From assembly GCA_002269645.1 (NCBI GenBank), contig NIVC01000861.1, forward strand, positions 362,360 through 426,359: a stretch of DNA of 64,000 bases. The letters are read 5' to 3'. This DNA is from Macrostomum lignano (taxonomy: Eukaryota). Shown in pieces: positions 11,641-23,809 of this stretch. Under the pieces are notes generated by a model. That model saw nothing but the letters and a program-made list of their open reading frames with translations. It had not been told where the DNA came from and ran no database searches. How positions within the stretch are numbered: position 1 is the first letter of the stretch; every line of letters begins with the position of its first letter. Made by a program: the position numbers and the translations under genes.

Positions 11641-13774
11641 CGCGTATATTTGTAGCCGCTGTAGCAAGGTCCTCGAGGAGAGGGCGATGATCTGTGAGAG
11701 AGAGCAATATACTGTTCAAACATCAATGACAGAGAGCTTTCGACAATATGTAACTTATTAAAGCGTCAATAGTAAAGTTCAGATAAGTTTCAAATCGCAA
11801 AGGCTGGCATTGTAAAGAACTTTTACCCGGACACAATGACGAGTTAAAAGGGCAATTATTACGCCATTCAGCGACTCCACTGGCAGATTTTTCTAATTGA
11901 TAAGAGCAGTTACATGACTGAGCTTCATTTTTATGAATTTTTTCCTTTGTGATTCCATAAATGCATCGGCAATTTAATGACTAAAAAGACAATGAAATAA
12001 AAATGTCACAGCATAAATTCTGGCTACGCAACTTGATTTCTAAAATTAGTGATTTTTTAACGAAATCTTCCAATCAATTTGCTTTATTGTGTGTATTGTC
12101 TATGGTCAAGTGCAGTTCTGTAGCAGTAGACTGTTGTTGCAGCGAAATGGGGATTATCAAATTGACTGGCTATTTTATCAACATGACTGAAACAAACAAT
12201 TGTCTATGTCCAAGACCCTGGTCTGCGGTATATGGCAACTACAAGCGTAGTTTAGTCTATGGTCTATTACCTTGATTCTTGGTGTATGACGTTGGTCATT
12301 GAACGAACTAATGTTGTAGATCATTCGGTCTTTGACCTAAACTTTTGCTGTACATGTATATACACTCGTAATTTACATAGTTCGGCTGATGTATACTCGT
12401 ATTTTTGATGCTTTTTCATTCTTTTGTATGTAACGATATCTTGTACGTTTAAATCTACCTTTGCAATATCGTATGCAGAAACTATTTTTTTGCGGTCAAA
12501 ACCGATCCACGTATGATAAAAAGTAAATAAAGAACTTACCGCAAATTCTGCTGAAAGTTTATTCCCCCTTTCAGTGAATATTACAATATTAGCTTATAAT
12601 TTTTAATATATGGATATATGTTACCAATGGGTTATTTTGGTATAACCAATTTTTAGTTATCAAGCGACAGTCTCGATTCGGAGGCGAACTAGAAATTAGC
12701 TACCCACTCTCCTGTGCTGACGTTGAGTGGATCCGTCCGCCACTTGTGCTCAGTTATTTCGCCTGGTATATAATATCTTTATGTGCACAAAGTTCTCCAA
12801 TAGCCTCCCGGGGTATATTGTAAGACAGTAAGTCAGAGGAGCTAACAGCGCTTCCCTACTAACGCCCAAACTACCCTACCACCCAACCCTTCTCGATTGC
12901 CCTCCATATGTCTGTGCAGTTCAGTGCCTCAATTGCGAGCCAAAGAAGTCATGCGCTCCAATTTCAGTTCGTCCGTGCTTTTGCCGCCCAATGGGAACCG
13001 CCAATGGGATACGAGCGAGCAATTTCGAAATTGGCTTAGGCTGACTATAGCTGGGATAGGGACCTATCGACGACTCCATGTCATTTGACTGCCTTTTTTA
13101 TTTTTGACTGCTGAATTCGACAAAAATGCTGAATTCGACAGTTTGGTCACACAACTGCCGGGCCACACCCTAACATAGATTTTCTTACTACCACCACAAT
13201 TCTAACTCTAGTTTAAATCCTAATGCTTAATCAGTCAAGTTGGCAGTAAAATTTCAAATGCTCAGTAGTCCAATACTGTACTGGACTTACTTTTGAAATC
13301 AAGAATAGTGTAAACGCTAATGCCCTGTGTCAGGCAAGTTACTTTAAGCATAACGGTAGAGGTGGTAACCAAAGAATTCATGGTGAAACGATTCGTTGCT
13401 AGTTGCTTTGAAGATTTTTGAAGCCGGATCTGCCAACTGCCACTGGAATGATGCACCATGCCCTATATTCTCTTATTGTTGACTGCACTGTTAGCGTGAT
13501 GCCCCGCTGGTCATTTGATGCTGAATTTTGTTAATTAACCGCGTAATTATCCGCGTAATCTAATTAAATTGCGCACGTTTCATTGTGCACACTATTATTA
13601 CTTATAATTGCCCGCTTAAAGCCTACGCACGTTGTATACTAAATTTACTAATTTCTCACAGTGGTCTTCACGTAGAGCTCTGCACATGCCTTTCTCTCTA
13701 AATCTTGACATAAGTATTTAATGCATTAATTAGCTCAATACAATTTTAGTTTAACTTGCAATAGCGCAGAAATA

Positions 13775-15592
13775 ATGACAAAAAATGCGCTGATAATATA
13801 TGCGGCTCTGGCCGCACTGCTCAGCTGCTCTCACGCGTACAGAATGTTCCAGTCCCGAATACCGAACGGCGACCGGGTCCCGAATCCGTGCCAGCAAGGC
13901 GACATCTGGGTCGGACTCGGACACCAGAGTCCCGCCGGTGCTGACGCTATAAATCCCTTCGGCTTGGACTTCAAGGCCGCCAGCTTCAGCTGGACAATCG
14001 ACCTGTGCCGCAAGGACTCGGACGGCGACGGAATCACGAACGGCCAAGAGCTCGGAGACCCCGACTGCGTGTGGAAGGTCGGTGCGGCTCCGGCGCGAAC
14101 GACTGGACTGTCCCACCCTGGCATCTGCCCGCTCGACTCCGCGACGTGCAAGAACTCGTGGACCGTGTGTCCGAAGGCCTTCAGCTGTCCAGCATTCGAA
14201 GAGCCCGGTGTTTTCGTGAGAAACTTCACCCTCAAACCGACTCCCGTGCCCGCCACTGAGACGACATACGTCTGTCAGGCGTTCGAGCTGAACAACACTG
14301 CCTCTCCGGTTCACCTGATCGGATCGAGGCCGATCATCGACAACAAGAACGTCATGCACCACATGATTATGTACGCCTGCAGTGTCAAGCCAGAACAGAC
14401 GCTGTTCGATAATCCACGGCAGTGTTTAATGGGCCACAGAAACTGCACCCAGATGATGAACCTTTGGGCCTACGGACTCGAAGGCGAGTGCATCAATAGC
14501 AACGCGGGGTTCCGAATCGGCGGTGATGGCTTTCGGTACGGAGTTTTGCAGCTTCACTGGAACAACCCGGCGAGGCATTCAGGCTACACCGACGCTTCTG
14601 GCTTCGCTCTCTACTTTACACAAAACCTGCGACCATCCGACTTGGGAACTGTGATGTATGGCGAGGGAAATCTCGTTCTCCCACCGCGACAGCCGTTGAT
14701 CAGCGTGAACCACACGTGCCCTTCGGTGTGCACTAACCGGTACCACACTGAGACTCGCTACATCACAGGAGTAGGCATCTACATGCACACCAACGGTATT
14801 AGAGGACGCATTTCTCTCTGGAGGAATGAAACTTTAGTGAGGGACATCTGGCCGCTCCAGGAATACAGTTACAACTCTCCAAAAGTTATTTTCTTGAACC
14901 AAACGGTTGAGTATCAACCCGGAGATGAATTGAAAACAGAGTGCTACTTTACCACACTGAAGAATGACCGGACGGTATTTTCTGGAGCCGCTAAAAATGA
15001 CGAAATGTGCCTGTCATTTCTGTGGTTGTATCCAAATAAGGCCAGGGTTCCTGCGTCAGAGAGACTGACCCAGTGTATGGCTATAGCTGCAATCAACTTG
15101 TGCTGGGTTGCAAGCAACATAGTTCCGCATGTGGAACGAGACTGTAACATCACGTCGATGAGGAGTGGAGAAATGCCGAATCGAGTGATGTCGGAAATGG
15201 CCGCCAACAACTGCTTTGCTCGGACTGGATGCGATCCAGCTTGTCGAAACTACCTGAACTTCACTCTGTGGCCCTTAAATGCTTGCTACGACCCGACAAG
15301 GTCGAGACAGATGGCTGAAGCCATGGCTTTGGGCATGGTACCGTCATCTAATCACGAAACAATCGCCCGTACTCTGTATGGACAGCGCTTCTGCGAGCAG
15401 GAGATCAATTTGTTGAATGCTCCAGCTCCAACGAAACTCATCGAGGCGCTGCCGGCTGCGCCGATTCTCCAAAAAGGCGGGTTGACCTCCGAGCACCTGC
15501 TGATCATCATCGTTGTGTGCAGCTGCCTGGGGTTTGTTCTGTTTTTGGCTCTGCTAACCTATCTGTCAATCAGGCTCAACCACAGAAGCTAA
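13775..15592 (+). CDS. Temptin-domain copper type II monooxygenase (DBH/MOXD1-like), copy 1, membrane-anchored, 605 aa
   Basis: Signal peptide; temptin-like IPNGDRVPNPC...GHQ...NPFG.DF...DSDGDG.TNGQELGDPDCVW...SHPG; CuH HHM + LHWNN; CuM site YMH (His->Tyr) + DEMC; C-terminal hydrophobic LLIIIVVCSCLGFVLFLALLTYL. Confidence 0.92.
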   Translation: MTKNALIIYAALAALLSCSHAYRMFQSRIPNGDRVPNPCQQGDIWVGLGHQSPAGADAINPFGLDFKAASFSWTIDLCRKDSDGDGITNGQELGDPDCVWKVGAAPARTTGLSHPGICPLDSATCKNSWTVCPKAFSCPAFEEPGVFVRNFTLKPTPVPATETTYVCQAFELNNTASPVHLIGSRPIIDNKNVMHHMIMYACSVKPEQTLFDNPRQCLMGHRNCTQMMNLWAYGLEGECINSNAGFRIGGDGFRYGVLQLHWNNPARHSGYTDASGFALYFTQNLRPSDLGTVMYGEGNLVLPPRQPLISVNHTCPSVCTNRYHTETRYITGVGIYMHTNGIRGRISLWRNETLVRDIWPLQEYSYNSPKVIFLNQTVEYQPGDELKTECYFTTLKNDRTVFSGAAKNDEMCLSFLWLYPNKARVPASERLTQCMAIAAINLCWVASNIVPHVERDCNITSMRSGEMPNRVMSEMAANNCFARTGCDPACRNYLNFTLWPLNACYDPTRSRQMAEAMALGMVPSSNHETIARTLYGQRFCEQEINLLNAPAPTKLIEALPAAPILQKGGLTSEHLLIIIVVCSCLGFVLFLALLTYLSIRLNHRS

Positions 15593-18299
15593 ACTGCGAG
15601 ACGTGCTGACAATAGAGAATTCCATTAACGCAGAAGACGACTATACTGTATACTGACCAATGACTTTCCACCTCACGTCAAAAAAACATTTTTGCTAAAT
15701 CAATACAAAGTCGAAGACTTAAAGACTCAAATATTAACACTAATAAATATTTTACGGTGCGTTCCTTAATCTCTATTTGTAGCATTGTCATTCAAATTCA
15801 ATTTTAGTGCTTGTTCCTTTCGTGTGAAAAAACCAAACCATAAGTCAATTGCGACTGCACTGCCCAAATTAATAGCTTGAGAACAAATCTATCCGGTAGT
15901 TTTTACTAAATTTATGCAGCTTTTCTTGTGCTAATAATTTAAATATTCTTCACTATGTTTACTTCATTTTTCGCGAGTCTTCTATATAAATATAAATCAA
16001 AATTTTTCAGCAATAATAAGCTGTTTAGTTCACTTAGCTGGTAGTGACTATCTACAAGTACGTATATCGCCAAAAAGTAAGCCTAAGAGTACATTTTCTT
16101 GCAAATTCGATATAATTCGATATTAGTACGATGCGTGCTCTGTTTCCAATTCGGAAGTCTTGAAGATAAGATATTGTGAATTTTTAGTGCTAAACAGCTG
16201 AAAATTTATCTCGACGTTGCATTTAGAGAAAAAGCACCCCTGTTTTGTAGAGTGCATCCACAGTCGTAGTCCCCGATGCTTGATTAGCTGCTCTTCTATC
16301 TAGCAAATCAAACGACTGTGAAATATGGTCTGTACGAAATAGGGTCGAACTGGTAAAAATTTTACTCAATATTAAAGCACGAAAAAGAAGATTAGATCTG
16401 CGACTTTCATTTGTGGTTGCTGATGGAGTGGCGAGTGAAGGCTTACACACGAGCCTTACTACGAGTAAGTATATACGAGTCGTATATTATTGATAGATCC
16501 CTATCCCCGCTGTAGTCAATTCAACCCCAAGTTTAAAAAGCTTTTAAAGCAGGATACGCCATGATCGAAATCAAATCTAAATATACTAAAAAAATGAAAT
16601 TGCCTACTGATATTGTCAGCCTTATTGGCAAGGAACGCGCGTGGGGGCCAACTCAATTTGGTCAAACCAATTTTAACTAAAAGATGCACTGAGCAACACT
16701 CTAGCTCTTGAGCTGCACGGACAGAGATAGAGGGTTGGAGTTGGCTGGGCGCTTGGGAAAAGCTGTTAGGAAATACAAAAAATTGCAGGACGCCTTCGGT
16801 GATATCGTTTCATAATTTCTTCCTGAGGCAATTCCGCCCATTCGACTGCCCTTTGACTGTCTAATCGTCAGGCATGTACACTCTCTGAGCCTTGGGGGTT
16901 GGCCCTCACGGCTGTGAACCGCACAACAGCCCCAGATCAATGTGGGCGCACACGGAATCGAACAATGGGGTCGCGATAGTCATACCAGTCGATCCTCCTA
17001 GAGTGCACGAGAGCTCTCCGCGCATACGGATATCATAGACCGGACTCACAGAGACTGGCCTAAAACTCAACGTCAGTACAGTAGAGTGTAAGTGGATTTG
17101 TGTTGAGTACTATCCTGAATCGCATCTGTCGTATCTAAGTCGATTTAAGCTGTACGCTCGTATAAATCAGTGTGAATTTATGATATTGACCAATGATTTC
17201 GGTTATCACTAAACACGCATGTTATCAATGACGCGCTGAAAACACACACACAGGGACCACAAAGCAGTAAATGAGGGAACTTGGCCATGTGGCCATGGAC
17301 CAAATGATCTAGCAAAGGTCGATCAGATTACTCGTAGATCTTAAGCCAAAACATTAAGACAAATACAATTTAATGATGCAGAGCATTGATAAAAATGAGT
17401 CTAATGCCTAGTAATGAATAAAGCACCCGGCGCTATTACAAACCTTAAATGGGGAATTAAAAGAAGTAAAGTGCACCTGAAAAAAACAGTAGATATGCAT
17501 AATAATAACGTAGCTGCGTGCCAAACAGTACCTGAGTTGGCTTACGTACAGCTGGATCTACAGACGACTTGCTTTCGATTTGAAAGTCGACCCTCCTGGG
17601 TGAGGTCGGCTGCTCCAAAATCCTTAAACTGCTTTTGTACAGCAGCTGCATTGTCGCTGCATCTTCTGCCGTGTCCTCTCGTCCTCTGCCGTCATCAGAG
17701 TCGTCCGGATTTCGGATGTTTGCTTCCCAAATTGATAAGCCATCGCTATCAATCACACAACTCTGATGTAATAAAGCTAGCTCGATGGCGGTAGGAACGA
17801 ACACTTTAAGGCTGATTAGCATTACCGCTGAAAGCTCCGCAGGTCCAGGATTGCTCAAATCAATGTACAGTTGTTTACAAAAAGTTTAAATGTCTTTTCT
17901 GCCCCAATGCGCCGTCCATGCCCGATCCCAACCAGCGATACCCGATACTCAGGTCCCCCCCGATGACTCATTCCCTACCCACCCCAACCTCCGCGCTATT
18001 GTCCAAATTCACCCAAGCAAAATGCACCTAGTGACCTCCCATCTCTGCCGGCCTACAGCCCATAGTTTAAGGAAATGCATGGATTGTTCATCTGCAAATT
18101 GTCTGTGGCCCCAACCCAAGCTAAAACCAATAACTTTGAAACGAGGAAAGTATTTATAGACTCACTCAGCCAATGCAATTGAAGCGGGGGACTACCCAAG
18201 ATGGGGGGAGACATTTCCCAGATGAGCAAATCCATGATATTACTTCATCCATGTTCCAGTGCGTGATTACCATCGTTGATGACCGCGGCATTTAATTTG

Positions 18300-18740
18300 G
18301 TCCAACAACATTTGGTCCAAACGTCCGTGAGCCATTTGGCGAACTCTTGCCTTCTCGCAACCGTCAGTAGGTTGTCGCGTAACGCTGGAATTTCAGCGTC
18401 TCTACAACAATTATCAGTTCACTTTTCCAGAGCTCTGCTGATAGTCGAAATCTGATAACCTGGAGCTGTTCCTAATTAACTTCTACTGTATTTTCTACAG
18501 CGTCAACAAAGGGTTTCTCAATTCCATTGAGTATTGGACCTGAGGCTCCAGCAACTTGCCTTGGCGATTGCTACCCTTTCGCAGGCGACTTATGCTGGCA
18601 GTAGTTTAAGCGCGCTGATGGATGCTGTAAACCTATCTTTTCTTTTACATTCAACAACCTTGCAATGTCCTTTGGGTGTTCATCTCCGTCAAGCGCGCCG
18701 ATTATGGCATTCGCTCGAGTTCGACAGCCTAGCATGTGGT
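18300..18740 (-). mobile_element. Possible degraded Tc1/mariner-type transposase N-terminal HTH
   Basis: RANAIIGALDGDEHPKDIARLLNV..VYSIHQR resembles Tc1-type paired HTH starts; frameshifted. Confidence 0.35.
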
Positions 18741-19250
18741 CCACAATTCTGGGGCTGATCTTGCTCCTCCGCAGCAGTTGCAAATGAAGCTACGGACTAA
18801 ATTGATGCTCGTTGGACCGAATTAATATCCGCTGTGCTACGACCTACGAGCTACCATGGACAAAACTCCATAGCACTAAAAAACGTATCTTGGATTAAAT
18901 TCAATGGGCGTAAGCCCTAAATGGGCTGCAAAAAGCTATATTGTAATCACGATATTTGTAGCTAAATTTCTAGTGCACAACATTACACTAGCCAATACGT
19001 GATCACAAGCCTTTTAAGCACGCTTTCACAATAGCGCTTATTGCGCGTCCTGGTACAATGCCATGCAGCAATACCATCAATGCATGGGTGCGCGAACCAT
19101 AAAAAACAATGCTTTAAATGTAAGATTTAACTGTATTTGTCGGTTGCTTAGAAGAAAGGACAGTAAATTTAAGGCAAACAGTATAGTAAAAATACCAATG
19201 GGATTTTTATAGACTGATACATAAATTAGCTACAAGATCAAGAACCCTAA

Positions 19251-19366
19251 GGGCTCGTTCTATAAAGCCATCGTAAGATAAGATCGTTCTTAGGTCCGAT
19301 CTCCGCAGTGTAAAAGTTCTGACGTGCGATCGAACTTACGCTACGACAGCTTTATAGTACTACCCC
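19251..19366. mobile_element. 116-bp MITE, PIF/Harbinger-like
   Basis: Imperfect TIRs gggctcgttctataaagccatcgta / tacgacagctttatagtactacccc, with TAA on both sides. Confidence 0.55.
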
Positions 19367-20559
19367 TAAATCTACAATACCAGCGTACTAACCTGTCTAT
19401 CTAAGAATATCTGAAATTAGCAGGCGAATTAAGAGACAGACATTGATTAGTGGCTTCTAAAAGCTTTCGACGAAGAAACTTCACACTGTCTCTATTAGAG
19501 TGATGAGATTCACCCTGATAGTCCGATGGAAGCAGAGCCGATTTAAGTGCTGCCGGATCTAAAACTGTCAACTCCACTTCTAGTAACCAGCATGTTGTTC
19601 AAAACGCTACTCTTATATCATGAAAATGAAGTACATTATGAGCCAAAAGTAAAAAATTGAGTCTTTCTTTAAAGGTTTGCCTCTTCCCCCAGTTTCTACT
19701 TATTACCAAAAACTCTTCCATTCCAGCAAAAGCTATCATCAGGTTTTATAACAGGTTTTATTTTTCTGTTATCTTATATGCCTACAAGACAGAAAGACTT
19801 TCAGACGCACTGGCCTCCAAAGGTGAGGTGAGGTGAGGCTCACATCTCAAAATTCGCAGAACTGAGTATCTATTTAAGGCAGTGTATTTTATGGTCAAAA
19901 ATAACGCAGGCACCATATAAAAAATTGAATTGTTTTAGCGGGGTAAGGCTTTAGCGCTAGGCAACCATCAATTTCCCCAAGCATTTGCTGCCAGTTTTCT
20001 TTGTCACGCATATGCAGGCTGCTGGATTGGCCCTCAAACCTCTACTGCTTCGTTATTGGGCATTGAGATCGGCTAGCCTGGAGCTGGTCTGCTTGAATAG
20101 CTCTGTTCGAGACGAGAAGAGGTCGTTGTTTTTTTCACTCCGATGTAAGCGCTTTTCCAGTGCTTATACACTCGTGCATATCTACATCACTAATACGCTT
20201 GAGCGGTGATGTAGCTTGAGCAGACGCTTATTATTTTTTGAGCCCTGCGGCTCTGCTCACACATTATTAACCATAGATTAACTAGGCCGTTGGAATAACT
20301 TAAATGGATAACTTAGCATATGAGCTCTTTATTCTTACAAGGCGTCAAACACTCCTCCCAAATAGACCTTGGTACCGTCCAAGAGTTCGCAATAGTTCGT
20401 GTGTCACCTAGTCTTCCTAGGGGTAGAATAGCGCAGTCAGTCAGTTGCATTTCATGTGCGCTGACTGCGATCATCTCTCTGATCTCAGTCAGTTCTGTCT
20501 ATTCAGTTCTGCCAGATACTTCAGTTACGTTTCTCTCTTTTTAGTATCAATAGTGTCTT

Positions 20560-21200
20560 TCCGTGCCTTCCTCAAAGTGTCTCAACTCCACTCCACTTCA
20601 ACTGTTCTGGAGATACTTGATCTGCACGCAGCTTTGAAATGACCTGTCTTTCCAAAGGTCAAGCACATTTTCGAACGATGTCGGCACACGTCCTTGTGGT
20701 GTCTGTTCCTGTCACAGTAGAAGCAGTTTACTTGGTCTCCTTGATTCCGTTGGTTATACTTCCGACGAGACTAAAGTGGATGTTTTGTGATCTTTCTGTC
20801 TTGTATCCAGCTTGTGTTGTGGAGCCGTTTTATTGATCAGAAAAGCGTCACTTCTTTCATTTGTCTTTCACATTGGCGTCGCGGCTTCACATGCACTGGC
20901 CACGGACGTCACCTTCTCCCGAGTGAGGTCCTTCCTTTTTTTCGGTCAGAAGCTTTCTGACAGTCTCCATGTTGGCAAAGCTAAATACAAACTTGCTTTT
21001 GCTTCTTGCTTCTTGCTTCAGATGGTGGAAAGCGTACCGATAGGCCAAGTCTTGACTATGCGATTGTATTTGTTTCCTTCATTAGAAATTCCTTCAGCTT
21101 GTCCGTATCTTGTGGCTTTTGAGGGAAAAATCATCGGCCAGCCAGTTAAAGGCTTTTATAGGATCGTTGAAGCCATTGGCTCACTTCAGCCACGACAACT
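20560..21200 (-). mobile_element. Degraded Ty3/Gypsy-like gag fragment
   Basis: Reverse translation gives YRYAFHHLKQE, RKLLTEKK-DLTREKVTSVASACEAA and double zinc knuckle CFYCDRNRHHKDVC...CLTFGKTGHFKAACR; contains stops and frameshifts. Confidence 0.55.
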
Positions 21201-22123
21201 GCATCTAAGCAGTGCTAGTTTTGTGATCAATACAGGAGAAGAACAACAAATTGGCGATGTAGCAACGATTAAAGGGCTACTGATGAGCAGATAATCACTA
21301 ATTATACTTTGAACCATGCGGCTCTGCCCAGACAACCATTGTTGACCATAGCATAACTAGGTTGTGGTAATAACTCAAAACAGAGGTTTCCTATATGTAT
21401 GAGCTGTATTTTCTTATGAAGTGTCAAACAATTTTCCGACTTTAGGAATTTTTCAGCATTTTCATAAAAACTGGGGGCAAAATGCAATGCAGACAAAATC
21501 CGCGTGAAGCTAACTGCACTGCAGTAAAAATTAAAGTATTGCGGGAAACTCTCGGGGGGGGGGCAACTTCAGTGCTCCTCCTTCCTAGAGCGAGTCGCTC
21601 AGTGCACTCTTACGTCTTCAGGACTGCTCAATGTAATTTCAACTAGTCCAAGGCTTACTTGGATGCGATAAATGTTGTGAGAATATAAAGCATACATTCG
21701 TCAGCGTTACAACTAATATGTTACAAACTGAAAACATTGATTTCTTGAATCTTGGCAATGGGCTTACATGTAATCTCGATTGCTTGCAAATTTTTGTAGG
21801 AATTCTGTTTGAAACTTTCGTAGGAGCCAGGCCTGCGAGAAATACCTTTCTGTCTTGGAAGGAGAAAGAATAGTACTATAGTTTAAGTGTAATGCCTAAT
21901 CATAAAACTAATATTTATTGAAACATTCCATCAAATTTCAGACAAAGAAACAAGCTAATGTTATTTGAAAAGTTAAATACTCCACAAGGCAAACATTAAC
22001 CAGTCAAATGTTTTATAAACCGCAACCAAAAAGTAACACTTGGTTCGACTGCACGGACCAATGACTTAGTGTCAGTTTTTCAACTTGAATTTCACAACTA
22101 TTTGCAAGGCAGGTGTTCGGAGG

Positions 22124-23809
22124 TTAGGCGATGGTATTTGCCTGAGCTGGAGCAGCCTGTCGGTTCATCTCTGCCAGCATTTTGATCTCCTGCTCGCAAA
22201 ATCTCTGACCGAACAGAGTAGCCGAGATGGCCTGAGTCACTGCAGCATTGAGCTGAAAGACACCCAGAGCCAACACTTCGGCCATTTGACGCGAACGCTT
22301 CGGGTCGTAGCAGGCATTGTTGGGCCAGAGAGTGTTCTCCAGGTAGTTGCGGCACAGCGGGTCGCAGCCGGTCCGAGAGAAGCACTTGTTGGCGGCCATT
22401 TCAGAATAAACTCGTTTCGGCATGTCACCGTTTCGCATGGCGGTGATGTTGCAACCCCTCTCAACTTGGGGAGTGATGCCGCTCTCCACCCAGCACCGGT
22501 TGATTCCAGATTCAGCGACACAGTGTCCGAGCTTGTCATGGTTACTTTGGGCTACATTGTTCGGATAATAGTATATCAAAGCGAAACACATTTCATCTCT
22601 GGCGCCTTCTCCAAGGAAGATGGTAACATTGCTTTTTAGTGTGCTGTAGTAGCATTCGGTCTTTACTTCGTCACCTTTCCGGTATTCGATCGGTGGGTCG
22701 AAAGTGTGCACCTTCGGGGATTTGAAATCGTACACTTGAAGAGGAGACAGGTCTTTAATCATAGTTCCGTTTCTCCACAGCGAGATGCGTCCTTTAATGC
22801 CATAAGCGTGCATGTGAATGAGTACGGCGGTGATGTAGCGAGTCTCATTGTGGTACCAGTTAGTGCACACCGAAGGGCACGTGTGGTTCACGCTGATCAA
22901 CGGCTGTCGCGGTGGAAGAACAAGATTTATCTCGCCATACATAAGAGTTCCCAAGTCGTATGGTCGAAGGTTTTGTGCAAAGTAAAGAGCGAAGCCAGAA
23001 GCATCTGTGTAGTTAGAAATCCTCATCGGGTTGTTCCAGTGAAGCTGCAAAACTCCGTACCGAATACCCTCACCGCCAAATCGGAATCCCGCATTGCTAT
23101 TGATGCACTCGCCTTCGAGTCCGTAGGTCCAGAGGTTCATCAACTCAGTGCAGTTTCCAATGGGCATGAAACACGGTTGTGAATTATTAAAAAGCGTCTC
23201 TGCGGGCTTGACACTACAGACATACATAATCATGTGGTGCATGATGCTCTTGTTGTCAATGATTGGCCTCGATCCGATCAGGTGAACCGGAGAGGCAGTG
23301 TTGTTCAGCTCGAACGCCTGACAGATGTACGTTGTCTCTCTCGCAGGCACGGGAGTCGGTTTGAGGGTGAAGTTTCTCACGAAAACACCGGGCTCTTCGA
23401 ATGCTGGACAGCTGAAGGCCTTCGGACACACGGTCCACGAGTTCTTGCACGTCGCGGAGTCGAGCGGGCAGATGCCAGGGTGGGACAGTCCAGTCGTTCT
23501 CGACGGAGCCGCACCGACCTTCCACACGCAGTCGGGGTCTCCGAGCTCTTGGCCGTTCGTGAGTCCGTCGCCATCCGAGTCCTTGCGGCACAGGTCGACC
23601 GTCCACTGGAGCCCGGCCGCCTTGAAGTCCAAGCCGAAGGGGTTTCTCGCGTTAGCGCCGGCGGGACTCTGGTGTCCGACTCCGGCCCAGATGGCGCCTG
23701 GCTGGCACGGATTCGGGACGCGATCGCCGTTCGGGATTCGGGACTGGAAAATTTTGTGTGCGTGAGAGCAGCTGAGCAGTGCGGCCAGAGCCACAGAAAG
23801 CAGCAGCAT
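22124..23809 (-). CDS. Temptin-domain copper type II monooxygenase, copy 2, no C-terminal anchor (predicted secreted), 561 aa
   Basis: Intact single ORF with signal peptide, temptin domain, HHM, LHWNN, HMH, DEMC. Confidence 0.93.
   Translation of the reverse strand: MLLLSVALAALLSCSHAHKIFQSRIPNGDRVPNPCQPGAIWAGVGHQSPAGANARNPFGLDFKAAGLQWTVDLCRKDSDGDGLTNGQELGDPDCVWKVGAAPSRTTGLSHPGICPLDSATCKNSWTVCPKAFSCPAFEEPGVFVRNFTLKPTPVPARETTYICQAFELNNTASPVHLIGSRPIIDNKSIMHHMIMYVCSVKPAETLFNNSQPCFMPIGNCTELMNLWTYGLEGECINSNAGFRFGGEGIRYGVLQLHWNNPMRISNYTDASGFALYFAQNLRPYDLGTLMYGEINLVLPPRQPLISVNHTCPSVCTNWYHNETRYITAVLIHMHAYGIKGRISLWRNGTMIKDLSPLQVYDFKSPKVHTFDPPIEYRKGDEVKTECYYSTLKSNVTIFLGEGARDEMCFALIYYYPNNVAQSNHDKLGHCVAESGINRCWVESGITPQVERGCNITAMRNGDMPKRVYSEMAANKCFSRTGCDPLCRNYLENTLWPNNACYDPKRSRQMAEVLALGVFQLNAAVTQAISATLFGQRFCEQEIKMLAEMNRQAAPAQANTIA

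Noticed and set aside
1872-11719. Bacterial origin or contamination suggested by PiT and LicD families
   Set aside because: SLC20 has six canonical introns and both families are normal in animals; SINEs and microsatellites are interleaved.
15600-18300. Short ORFs between copies 1 and 2 (e.g. 16701-16940, 17414-17858)
   Set aside because: No recognisable motifs or splice-consistent structure.
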